The translations under genes were made by a program, and so were the position numbers. A stretch of DNA of 63,844 bases, counting the filler, from Chiloscyllium plagiosum (taxonomy: Eukaryota), in NCBI RefSeq assembly GCF_004010195.1. It is 4 parts of one record of this genome, joined end to end, with 100 filler letters (N's around TTAATTAATTAA, not from the genome) between each part and the next. Parts side by side here need not be neighbours in the genome. Positions count along the whole stretch, not along the records: positions 1 to 28,471 come from NC_057710.1; positions 28,572 to 48,212 come from NC_057710.1; 2 more parts are not named here. One strand, given 5' to 3'. How positions within the stretch are numbered: the stretch's first letter is position 1; each line of letters begins with the position of its first letter. Shown one piece after another: positions 25,480-36,226 of the stretch. The notes below the pieces were generated by a model that saw only the letters and a list, made by a program, of their open reading frames with translations, was not told the DNA's origin and did not search any database.

Positions 25480-25742
25480 ACCAACACAGTAGCCCGTTGG
25501 CATGGAGTAACGATTGTTCTGCCTGAACTAATCTGTGAGCATGTGCTGAACAGGTCACAAGAGTCACGGTGACATGCCATGTGCTGCACAACCTTGACAT
25601 CCTGACAGAACAGCTTTTGCCATTAGCTGTCAAACAAGAAGCTGAGGAGCAGGAGAATAAGGAAGTAGCGGTGGCAGAGAAGAGGCAGAAAACATGTACA
25701 GGGAAGGCATCCTGCAATCTGGGCAGATCCACTCCAGCATGA
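25480..25742 (+). pseudogene. PIF/Harbinger (HARBI1-like) transposase C-terminal remnant
   Basis: Across a frameshift it reads VGME*RLFCLN*S then AEQVTRVTVTCHVLHNLDIL..EAEEQENKE, resembling the IG.LK.RFRCL..C..LHN plus acidic tail of this family. Confidence 0.55.
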
Positions 25743-25775
25743 GGCTTTCTGTAGACAACCAATTCAAATGAAATA

Positions 25776-26150
25776 CCGTAGCGCCTCGACATATAAACGA
25801 CCCCGTTCACGAACAAATCGGTTTACGAACAGGATTGTACGTAAAATTTTGCTTCAACGTATGTACGAAATTCAAGGTATGAACGAAGGTACGAACGCAA
25901 AAAGCCCTTGTGCGACCACGTGGTTTCATTGTTCTGCTTTGCTATGTGCTTGTTGAATGCAAAAGCTCTCGGGCCCCGCGTGATCTCATTCAGTTTGTTT
26001 TTGGCGCGTGTGCTGTGAACAGCGTTCGTTGCTACGTCCAAGCATTCTTAAGCTATCCGAACAACGGGAAAAATTGATTCAGTTTGCGAACTTTTCGGTT
26101 CGCGAACCGGGTCCCGGAACGGATTAAGTTCCTAAGTCAAGGCGCTACTG
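25776..26150. mobile_element. Tigger/pogo-type MITE (375 bp)
   Basis: TIRs ccgtagcgcctcgacatataaac / cagtagcgccttgacttaggaac (18/23 match), TA dinucleotides on both sides (25774-75, 26151-52); CpG-rich. Confidence 0.85.
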
Positions 26151-28013
26151 TACCAGTAATCATTAAAGGCAATAAATGCTGACCAGTCAGCAACATTCCT
26201 CGCCCAATAACGAATTCAAAAACCTCAATGACAATTTCTCATGCATCAACCAACCTAAGCCCATATGTTAGCTCAGGCACCAACTAGTACATTATTCTCT
26301 TTCCCAAAATGTAAAGATTACAAACCACCATAAAATATATATTCTAATTCCAATTTAAAAGCGAAATCATGCCACCTAAAAATAAACAAATCACCATTAC
26401 GCATTCCCAAACACCTTCCTTCCACGTGCCTGCTGTTACACAGTGCTACTCCAGAGGCAGCAGTATGGCTGGTGGGAAGTTGCTGTCTTTCATTACAGGG
26501 AGATGGCAGATGATTTTGAAGGTCAACATCAAGTACCTCCGAGTTGACCACACTTCCACGGTGGAATGGATGGGTTTCAATCTCTAGTAGGCTTTATGGC
26601 ACTGTGTATTTTGGTATGTGCACCCCAGTCAACCGAGAGACTGACTCCACTGAATTTTCCATCTGAGTCCTTTGCAGCAGAACTAATGCAAACGCCTAGC
26701 TCATTGGCAAATGTTGCTGTCCTTTTTTCCCCTCGCTGGTAGCTTCACACTTGTGCCCAGTGTTGCAAGATGCGCAGAGCCCTTCACAATGCACTCTTCT
26801 AAATTATGGGCTGTGGAAGCAAACTGATGGATACAAGAGTGAATTCATGTGCCTTTGCCTTTTGCATTCTGATCTGCCTGGACAAGTTACAGCTTATCAT
26901 ATTTGAAAAGGAAAAAAAGAAATTAATGATTAGATTCAATACTTCATCTGAGCTGCATGTGCCCAGCAAATTAGAATATAGCATGTATGGCAGAAGGCTA
27001 TGGAGGCCAAGTCACCAAGTGTCTTTAGGACAGTGATTAGTTCTTGATTAGTAACAGGATCAAGAGTTACAGGGAGAATGCAGGAGATTGGGGTTGAGAA
27101 TCACATTAGTGCTTTGAATACCAGTGGAAACATGATGGGTCAAATGGCCTGTATCCTATGGTGCTATAAATAGACTACACGACCAAATGCTCCTTGTGAG
27201 GTCTATAATCATCCAACAAATTTAAATGCACTATGCAGGATAACAAATAGGTCACACACAGCCACTATAAATTAGAGGGAACAACAGTTCCATGTAGTTA
27301 GGACAGCAGAGACATTAAGTGGTATATGTTTACATCATCTGCAACTTATAAGCCAAAACAGTTAGGGATGAGGGAGAACTGATTAGGCAAGAAAATATCA
27401 TCCTCAGTATCTACAGCCCTCCACTAGAAGTCACATCATCAGCAAGGGTCCTGTTAATGGCCAATAGCCTCTTTTCCATAGAGAATTCTAATCTCCAGTC
27501 ACACTCTTCCACCTCTAGTTTGTTCCTGTTGGCACTAACTGAATGCCAACTTTTCTTGCGAGAGAGAGGGGAATGTGTTGGTGATATTCTGAAACTTGCT
27601 TGTGGCTGCCATATGCTTGCCATGGTTGGACAGCTGACAGTAAGTGGAAGCTGACAGATGTGGGCGTGACATACAGAAATGCAAGAAGATGAGATAAAGA
27701 TTAAAAACATTTGGCATGAGTTTCTTTATTTTCTAATAGGATCACCGGCCTGGTCTGCTATTGTTGCGCATCCCCATTTGCTCTAAACTGTGTGGTTTGA
27801 CACAGTTAAGAGTCAACCACATTGCTGTACGTCTGCAGTCACATATAGGCTAGACCAGGTAAGGATGACAGATTTTCTTCCCTCAGGATAGTAATAAACC
27901 AAATGAGTTTTGACAACAATTAAGTAAAATTTCATGGACATCTCAAGTGAAAGCAGCTTTATATTCTCAAATTATTAGCTGAATTTAAATTCCAGTACCT
28001 GACAATTATGGGA

Positions 28014-28471
28014 CCCCAACCTCACTATCAAACCAGCAGACAAGGGAGGCGCGGTAGTAGTTTGGCGCACCGACCTTTCCACTGCTGAGGCCAAACGCCA
28101 GCTCGCAGATACCTCCTCCTACTGCCCCCTTGACCATGACCCCACAACCTCACTATCAAACCAGCAGACAAGGGAGGCGCGGTAGTAGTTTGGCGCACCG
28201 ACCTTTACACTGCTGAGGCCAAACGCCAGCTCGCAGATACCTCCTCCTACTGCCCCCTTGACCATGACCCCACCCCTCACCACCAAACCATCATCTCCCA
28301 GACCATCCATAACCTCATCACCTCAGGGGACCTCCCATCCACCGCCTCCAACCTCATAGTCCCACAACCCCGCACCTCCCGCTTCTACCTCCTGCCCAAA
28401 ATCCACAAACCTGACTGCCCCGGCCGACCCATTGTCTCCGCCTGCTCCTGCCCCACCGAACTCATCTCCGC
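28014..28471 (+). mobile_element. Young Penelope-like element RT fragment (runs into spacer) with a 128-bp tandem duplication at its 5' end
   Basis: NLTIKPADKGGAVVVW..RFYLLPKIHKPDCPGRPIVSACSCPTE. Confidence 0.9.
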
Positions 28472-28571
28472 NNNNNNNNNNNNNNNNNNNNNNNNNNNNN
28501 NNNNNNNNNNNNNNNTTAATTAATTAANNNNNNNNNNNNNNNNNNNNNNNNNNNNNNNNNNNNNNNNNNNN
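28472..28571. other. Artificial contig spacer
   Basis: 44 N + TTAATTAATTAA (palindrome with stops in all six frames) + 44 N. Confidence 0.95.
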
Positions 28572-29120
28572 TATTCATTCAGTGTCTCCCCAATATCTTC
28601 AGCCTCCACACGTGACTTCCCACTACTATCCTTGACTGGACCTATTCCTACCCTAGTCATTCTTTTATTCCTGTCATACCTATAGAAAGCCTTAGGGTTT
28701 TCCCTAATCCTACCAACTAAGGACCTTTCATGTCCCCTCCTTGCTGCTCTTAGCTCTCTCTTCAGGTCCTTCCTGGCTACCTTATAACTCTCAATCGCCC
28801 CAATTGGACCTTCACGCCTCATCTTTACATAGGCCGCCCTCTTCCATTTTACAAGGGATTCCAATTCCTTATTAAACCACGGTTCCCTCACACGACCCTT
28901 TCCTCCCTGCCTGACGGGCACATACTTATCAAGGACACTGAATAATTGCTCCTTGAACACGCTCCACATATCAATTACACCCTTGCCTTGAAGCTTATTT
29001 TTCCAGGCCACACATCCTAAGTCATGCCTCACAGCATCATAATTTCCCTGCCCCCAGCTATAACTCTTGCCCTGTAGTGCACACTTATCCCTCTCCATCA
29101 CTAGAGTAAAAGTCACCGAA
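28572..29120 (-). mobile_element. CR1 ORF2 fragment (endonuclease-RT linker)
   Basis: ORF 28520-29191: WGQGNY..EPWF..NPKAFYRY..GPVKD..ETLNEY. Confidence 0.85.
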
Positions 29121-29189
29121 ATTCCGACAATCAGCGTCTTAATTGACTTTTCCCAAACAAACTGATCGGAGATGAGGGCGAAAGCGAAC

Positions 29190-29344
29190 ACTGCAGATGC
29201 TGAAGATTAGAATTAAGAGTGTGGTGCTGGAAAAGCACAGGTCAGGCAGCATCCAAGGAGCAGGAGAGTTGAAGTTTTGGACAAAAGCCCTTCATCAGGA
29301 ATTCCTGATGAAGGGCTTTTGCCCGATACGTCGACTCTCTTGCT
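29190..29344. mobile_element. Inverted pair of Penelope pLTR fragments
   Basis: ..aaaagcccttcatcaggaattcctgatgaagggcttttg.. palindromic junction; both hammerhead cores carry substitutions. Confidence 0.8.
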
Positions 29345-30550
29345 GATTGGAGAAGAACTTGGTCTTAACTTTTTTTTCTCATCTACGGCTTCTGTCTTTA
29401 ATACAGACACCATAGTAAGCTGATTTTAAAAAAAACTTTTTTGTAACAATACACATACAAAAAATTGATTTTCTAATTATCTCGGCTTACTGTCCTCTTC
29501 AAATCGAACAGAGTATTTAAAGCTAAAAATGCTACTGAATGGACTGCAAGGCACCTAATGCCCAGAGATTTGTACATTGTTCACTGCCTGCTATAAACGT
29601 GGATGCATGTGTGTTTGGTAAGATGAATGGCAGTCTAAGAACAATTATTGAAAACACAGAAGAATCAATAACAGCAGAACTTTGAGTTACATTGTATTTG
29701 GAAGATCTAGAACCCAGTTATTAGAGAGGAAGTCTTTGTAAAGGGCCGCATTGAGAGGTGACCTCCTCGATATATACACAATGCTGCAAACAAAATCCAA
29801 AACAGCAATTCTACATCTAAAAACCCATCAATAAACACTTCTCCTATTTACGAATTTGGTATCGTGATTCCTGTATCGCTCACATATTTCTTTAGGATCA
29901 ATGTTTGATTTTGGATTTATTCAAATTCTTACCATACAAGAGCACCAGAAAGAAAAGCTCTGTCAACATGCTTTCATTCCTATAATTCACTTATCAAGGA
30001 GGCAGAAGAAAATTAACACTTTGAATTACTGAAGTACTATATTAAGAATTTATAAATTTCCAGAATAGAGTTATGTAAATAGAACTGTTACCTTGTACAT
30101 ACTGCATGGACTCAGCTGTTTATCACTGGGGCTCAAGTCATCCTGGACTTGATATGCTAACTCGGTTTCTCTGCCCACAGATGCTGCTAGACCTGAATTT
30201 CTTCAGCACCATTTTTATTTCAGTTTTCCATCATCTTCTGTATTTGCTTTTTTTTTGCTTTTATTACACTGGTATAGTCAGGAGTGTCAGACAGTCAAAT
30301 TGGATCCCAATCATCTGAATCAAAATTATTTCTGGAATTTCAACAGAATCTCACCAGCCCCAGTTGAACTAAAATCCTGCCTCACACACAGACATTTAGT
30401 AAATATTTATACATGTCTTTTTGGGTGTGACGGGTTGAAGGGTAGAAGAGAGGGGGGAAAGAGGGAAGGAATAAAAAGAAAAGAAGATGCTTCTTTCCCA
30501 GATCAGACAAAAATTCCCAAAATGTGACAGACAGACGTGTGGCCTCCTAC

Positions 30551-30684
30551 CGTTCACTCTCATCTGCTGATTTTTCAGCCTCCTCCAATTTCTGCAAGGC
30601 AGCAGTCAGACGCTCTTGAGCGGAATCCAACTCTTCTTCAGCCAAATGGATACGTCTACTCAAGGAAGCCACGTCAGACTCCGC
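30551..30684 (-). CDS. TPM: Tropomyosin exon 3 (134 bp), divergent
   Basis: ttttaaatct[46 protein letters not shown](R)|GTagga. Matches vertebrate [45 protein letters not shown], with the same length and phases 0/2. Paralogue not determinable. Confidence 0.92.
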
Positions 30685-30851
30685 CTAGATTTAAAAAAAT
30701 CCACACATAAGTGAGTATGACTCAAAGAAGCTATAATTATCCATTAAGAAATAATAAAACAATGTGAACATGTTTTGGAGGTACTGTTAGCTAGCCTGCT
30801 GGGATTTTTGTGAATCACACTTATTTCAGCTCGAGTTAAAAAGGCAAAAAT

Positions 30852-31630
30852 TTAGTAGAGTAGCTTTTTGTCATTTCTACCATACGCAACTGATACAGTT
30901 AAAATAAGAAAGCATTCCTCCTGTACCAAGGGTGCTACATGGACAGCCCAAACTACACAATCATACACAGCATAAAGTGCAAAGCAGGGCAAAACACACG
31001 CTACAGATTAAGAGAAGAATGAATATACAGTGTTCGAGCAGCATTTCAAAGTAGTGCAAAGAACATCAGATGGGAAAGAGTCCGATCATACTGTGTTAAG
31101 GAGCCTGATGGCTTGGGGGAAGAAACTGTTGCACAGTCTGGCTGGGAGAGACCGAATGCTCCGGTACCTTCTACTGGATGGCAGAAGGGAGGAGAGTTTG
31201 ACTGAGGGATGTGTGGGGTCTTCCATAATGATCTTAGCCGTTCAGACGCAGCATGTGGAGTAAATGTCTGTAACGGAGGGAAGAGAGACCTGATAACCTT
31301 CTCAGCTGTCCTCACCTATCCGTTATAGGGTTTTACGATCCGAGACGGTGCAGCTCCCAAACCAGATAATGAATCAGCAACTCAGGGTACTCTCAATGAG
31401 GAGAAAGTGAGGTCTGCAGATGCTGGAGATCAGAGCTGAAAATGTGTTGCTGGAAAAGCGCAGGTCAGGCAGCATCCAGGGAACAGGAGAATCGACGTTC
31501 CTGAAGAAGGGCTTATGCCCGAAACGTCGATTCTCCTGTTCCCTGAATGCTGCCTGACCTGCTGCGCTTTTCCAGCAACACATTTTCAGCGGTACTCTCA
31601 ATGAGCCCTCTGTAGAATGTGGTGAGGACT
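30852..31630 (-). mobile_element. Rex1/Babar LINE 3' end
   Basis: LTTFYRGLIESTLSC..DRKTL..RTAEKVI..DPTHP..LLPSSRRYRSI..RLCNSFFPQAIRLLN. Confidence 0.85.
31401..31590. mobile_element. Fold-back Penelope pLTR mini-insertion with an intact hammerhead core (31501-31528, +) at the hairpin apex
   Basis: 15-bp TSD ggtactctcaatgag (31386-31400, 31591-31605); inverted arms 31435-31499 and 31523-31590; CUGAAGA-A-GGGC(UUAU)GCCC-GAAA-CGUC. Confidence 0.88.
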
Positions 31631-31910
31631 TTCTTTTTTTAGGGGGGGGTGAATTTCAAATCATTCTGGCACATTTTTCAAACAAGGCAGCTCAGTAGAA
31701 TTATCATCTTCAAGCAAGTATAGCAAAGGCATTACAACTCCAGACTTTAAAATGGTAAATCATATTTCTCAATATAGATTTTTTTAAAACCTTGCAAACG
31801 TCTGTGGAAATAAACATTAAATTTAATAGGGTTGAATGAGGCAGATGGGATTGCTGAGTTTGGTCCTCCAACAGTAAGGAAGGAACATTCAAGACTAATG
31901 TTTATAATGA

Positions 31911-32470
31911 CACATCTGCGGCCTTCTCCATTCCCACAGCGGATTAGACCGTAAATTGGAGAAACACCTTCTCATCTTCTGTCTGGGCAGACTACAGCCT
32001 GGAGAACTCAGTTTTCCAATTTCAAATAACCTTCATCCTCGTCCCAGTCTCCCTTTTTCAGCCCCTCCCCCTCCCTTCCATTCCTCTGACTGACCTCTCC
32101 TTCCCATTCCTGAAGGGCTTTTGCCCAAAACGGCGATTTTCCTGCTCCTCTGATACTGCCTGACCTGCTGTGCTTTTCCAGCACAACTCTAATCTTGCTC
32201 CCTTCCTTCCTGCCACCAGCCAGATTCATTCCTCCCATCAACCAATCAGACCTTATCTTCTACCTGTGTACACCTATCCCTAGCTCATCACTCCGCCCCT
32301 CTCCCCCACACCATCACCACCTGCAGCTCCCTTTACACCCATCCCCAGTCCTGAAGTGTTACACTTGAATCATCGACTTCCCCACCTGATGCTGCCTGGC
32401 TTGCTGTGCACTTCTAGCCTCCTGCTCGTCTACCTTAGATTCCAGCATCTGCAGTTTTCTTTTGTCTGTA
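31911..32470 (+). mobile_element. Penelope-like 3' remnant with nested pLTR fragment (about 32105-32195)
   Basis: RKLEKHLLIFCLGRLQP C-terminus and pLTR end ..ccagcatctgcagtttt; imperfect 17-bp direct repeats at 31894-31910 and 32471-32487. Confidence 0.7.
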
Positions 32471-33131
32471 ACTAATGCTTGTAATGAGACAGTGATAGGT
32501 ACCTCAGAGATTTACCATGGGTTTATTCAAAGTGCAGTGTATGACTCCAGGTTAGGGAAGAAGCAGTACTAAATGAACAAGGAAGTAAAGCACCCGTACA
32601 GAGCAGCAAAAACAAAAGGATACAAAGACTTGATAACATGAATGATAGGAGAGACCAGTGAGTGGCGAATGGAAAAATAAAGGGGAAATGCTGGAATAAT
32701 TTCACTGCTTATAGCAGACATGTGAATGTCAACAAAACTCACAAAATGGTAAAAGTGCCACCCAGGGATTTCTCCCACTGATCAGTACAATACAGATTAG
32801 AGACAGCAGATTTTCCCAAGCATGTTGGCTTGGAACTAAATCACTGCTCCTTCTGTTTCTGGGTTAAAACTCCTGTAAATTCCTCCTTAACGTCATGGGT
32901 GTACCACAACCACACAGACTGCATCAGTTTAAGTAAGCTGCTCAACACCACCTGCTTAGTGGCAAGTAGGGATTGATGATAAATCCTGGCCTTGCCAGCG
33001 ATGTTCACATTCTGAGAGCTAATAAGCAAAAACTGTTCCCTTAGAGAAATGCCTTTCTGCCCAACTAAAAGCCACATGAGAGTTTCATAGCAGCAAAGAG
33101 ATTTAGGTGGCGTGGTGGGGGCCAATGTGTC

Positions 33132-33235
33132 TAGAGTCAAAATTAAAGTGGTGCTGGAAAAGCACAGAAGGTAAGGCAGCATCTGCGGAGCAGGAAAATC
33201 GACGTTTCGGGCAAAAGCCCTTCATCTGGAATGTG
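33132..33235 (-). mobile_element. Penelope pLTR mini-insertion (hammerhead core CAGAUGA, U4 mutated)
   Basis: Minus strand ccagatgaagggcttttgcccgaaacgtcga; aatgtgtc repeated at 33124-33131 and 33236-33243. Confidence 0.75.
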
Positions 33236-35702
33236 AATGTGTCCACAGGCAACTCTATATTTGACTCAGGTGTGATTAAATGAAATTAGAAGACTGGCTG
33301 ACTCCTTAGTTAACTTGGGCTTCCAGTCTCCACTCAATCACCTGGTCCCTCCTAGAAACAAAATTGTACAGGAGAAAATACCCTTCAGGATGAAGGAGTC
33401 TGTTGAGTGAAAAATTTTAATATTTCATGAAGATAATGAGAATAAGATAGCATTTAAAAATAACAGGGGGAATGCATGAACAAAACTTCCACCCCACTTA
33501 AGGGAGGCAATTCACACAATGAGCCCAAGTTAATCAAGTCATTTTGCAGGACTGCAGTTTGTTTCTGAATACAATTTATCCCCATCACGTGTAATGCAAT
33601 ATTTTCCAGTAATTCATTCCTCAAACTGAAGAACTATGTCTACAATTTCCTCTCTCAGAGGGGTGACATTTCTACCCAATTGTGTGGAATTTAGCACTGG
33701 AAGAGTTTAAGCATGAAACAGGAGTACAGACATTCCAGCAAAATGCCACGCACCAAGGATATCAGATTACACACACACAGCTTTCCACAAGGTTCAACTT
33801 AATTAAGTAGACATCTGTGCTAACGAAGAAACAATTCACGATTTGATAATACATGGCCACTGAGTACAGAAGGCATTTAAACTCATTTTCTGAAGATGAA
33901 AAGTACAAATAAAACAAAGTTACTGCTACGCTGCACCACTCAGTTACCCATTGGATTTGTGGAAACGCAGCTTTTTCCTTAACATTCTCATAACTTTTAC
34001 ATTTTTATTGATATTTCTGAAAAGGGAAGAACAATTCTTTCCGCTTTCAGTTTATGCTGCAGTTCTCAGGACCAGCCCACTATTATGACATTTTTATCTA
34101 CTACAACAACTATGCTGACAATCTCTCTCATTCACTGCAATAAACCGCAAAATCCTAAAAGGATGCACTTAACTTTCTCTCAGCAAGAGACGCAGAATTC
34201 AAAATCAGATCACAAGGGCAAAGAGCAACAAGACAACCCACAAAGGCTCTTCATTCCAAAAGGCTAATTGGCATTCTAAGATAGATGTGCATATTCCACC
34301 ATTATGTACCCAAGTTCTGGCCAACTAGTTTGAAAGCAATCTTTCATGCAGTGAAGGTAGTATTACAGTGATTACCAAAAGATTAAGGAAGGGGGGGAAA
34401 AAAACAGGAAAGAGAGTGGGCTCCTTTATCTTTGAAAGGAGACGCCACACACAATACTAAATGACAGAGAACATAAAGCTTGAATACCACAGGTAGTTCA
34501 GGGTTTTGTATCAAGTAGACCGCAGGTAAATTCAACGTAAGTTTAATACAGCTGTCATGAACAATTTCCTCAGTGCCATGCGCCTCCCATTATTGTTTAA
34601 GAGTCTTTCAGGGTAAAGAAGAACCAACGAGGCCTTGTTGCCAGCAACCTGGAAGAAAAATAAGACCTCAAGCTATTCATTTTCTAAGATTTCTATCAGA
34701 ACCCTCCTATCTGCTTGTTCCTATTTACAGTCTGGCTGGCAATTTTGGAATTTGCTGAATTTCCAGTGCTCTCCCTGCTTGCTGGTTCAATTCCCAATCA
34801 AACCCTATTCCATCCGAGTTAATATGGAATGTTAAGGAAGTTGTCAAAAAGTGCAATGTTGAGACTATTGCTAGGCATGTGTGCGCGTGTATCAGACATA
34901 AGACAAGCCTTTTAAAAAAAAAAGCGAACAATTACAAGACTGAAGTTAAAGTTAATAGGTGGCCAGTCTGAGAAGACTAAATATGAATCTGGTCAGGACT
35001 TGCACAAATACAATTGAATTTACCCTCAGTGATTTCAGAAACAATTATGCAGTTTATAGAAATTCAGGTGGGATAATCTAATTATTGAGATTCCAGATAA
35101 ACCAATGCATTGGCTCCGAAACAGCAAATGCTTCAAATAGGAGATACCAAACTTCATCTGTTCAGTTCTCACGCAGACTATGTACATTCCTTGCATTCCT
35201 AAACTACAATGATTAGAGTAGGGTCTTTGCTCTTTTGTATAAAAAGAAACCTGTGCAACTTAGAAATCAGACTCTCAGAATGCAGGGATATGCAGCCAAA
35301 CTGGTTTTCTGTGATCATCTTATTTGGGTCAGTATATCATTCAGTAAATGAATAAATTATCCAAATGCATTAACCAATATTGAATACAAATATTGCACTT
35401 ATTTTGTCAAGCACAATGAAACAAAAAACATTTTATTATTTAATTCAACTTAAGCAGCCAACGAACCAAACAAAAACATTTGACTTTAACTGCCCTCACC
35501 CAATCTACTTGTAATTCTGCTAACTCGGGAACTACAAGCTGGAATCAAACCTCCCTGTAAATGAATGCCTTGGCCCAGAAGGAAGAAGTTTCAGAATCAC
35601 GGAACTGTTATGGTGCTTTAGAGTGGATGAAGAAAAAAAATTGTGAATGATTGCAGGAACGAGAGACTTCTGCTACATGGCTAAACTAAAGCTGGCGCTA
35701 TC

Positions 35703-36008
35703 ATAGAATAGCATTCCTACAGGGTGGAAACAAGCCCTTTGGCCCAACAAGTCCGCACCAACCCTCTGAAGAGGAATCCACCCAGAACCATTCCCCCTCC
35801 TCTATATTTACCCGAGAAATGCACCTAACATACACATCCCTGAACACTTTGGGCAATTTAGCACGGCCAATTCACCTAACCTGCACATCTTTGGACTGTG
35901 GGAGAAAACTGGAGTACCTGGAGGACACCCACACAAACACTGGGAGAATGTCCACACCAATAGCCGTCTGAGGGCAGAATCGAACCTGGGCCCCTGGCGC
36001 AGTGAGTG
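35703..36008 (-). mobile_element. HE1-type V-SINE
   Basis: V-domain, B-box and CR1-like tail. Confidence 0.85.
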
Positions 36009-36104
36009 TGCTGCCCATTGGTGCTGTTCTTGAAGAAACTGGAGAGGGTCTCAAAATCAAGACGCACCTGGATAGAGTAACGCGATGCTGTTGCCATTGA
36101 CATA

Positions 36105-36226
36105 AGTGAAGATGCCGGTGTTGGACTGGATTGGACAAAGTCAGAAGTCACATGATACCAGGTTTAGTCCAATAGGTTTATTTGAAATCACATGCTTCCA
36201 GAGCGCTGCTCCTTAATCAGGTGGAA
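36105..36226 (-). mobile_element. Penelope pLTR fragment (family of 51290-53860)
   Basis: Minus strand cacctgattaaggagcagcgctctggaagc..aaacctattggactaaacctgg. Confidence 0.7.

Noticed and set aside
28516..28527. TTAATTAATTAA as a biological motif (e.g. piggyBac TTAA site)
   Set aside because: Centred in N runs of identical length three times; it is a synthetic linker.
29927..30000. Minus-strand donor TATG|GTAAG resembling the end of APH1 exon 3
   Set aside because: The upstream sequence does not encode an APH1-like peptide.
21925..30684. In-frame TPM-APH1 fusion gene
   Set aside because: Phases are incompatible (TPM exon ends phase 2, APH1 exon starts phase 1) and an artificial spacer lies between them.
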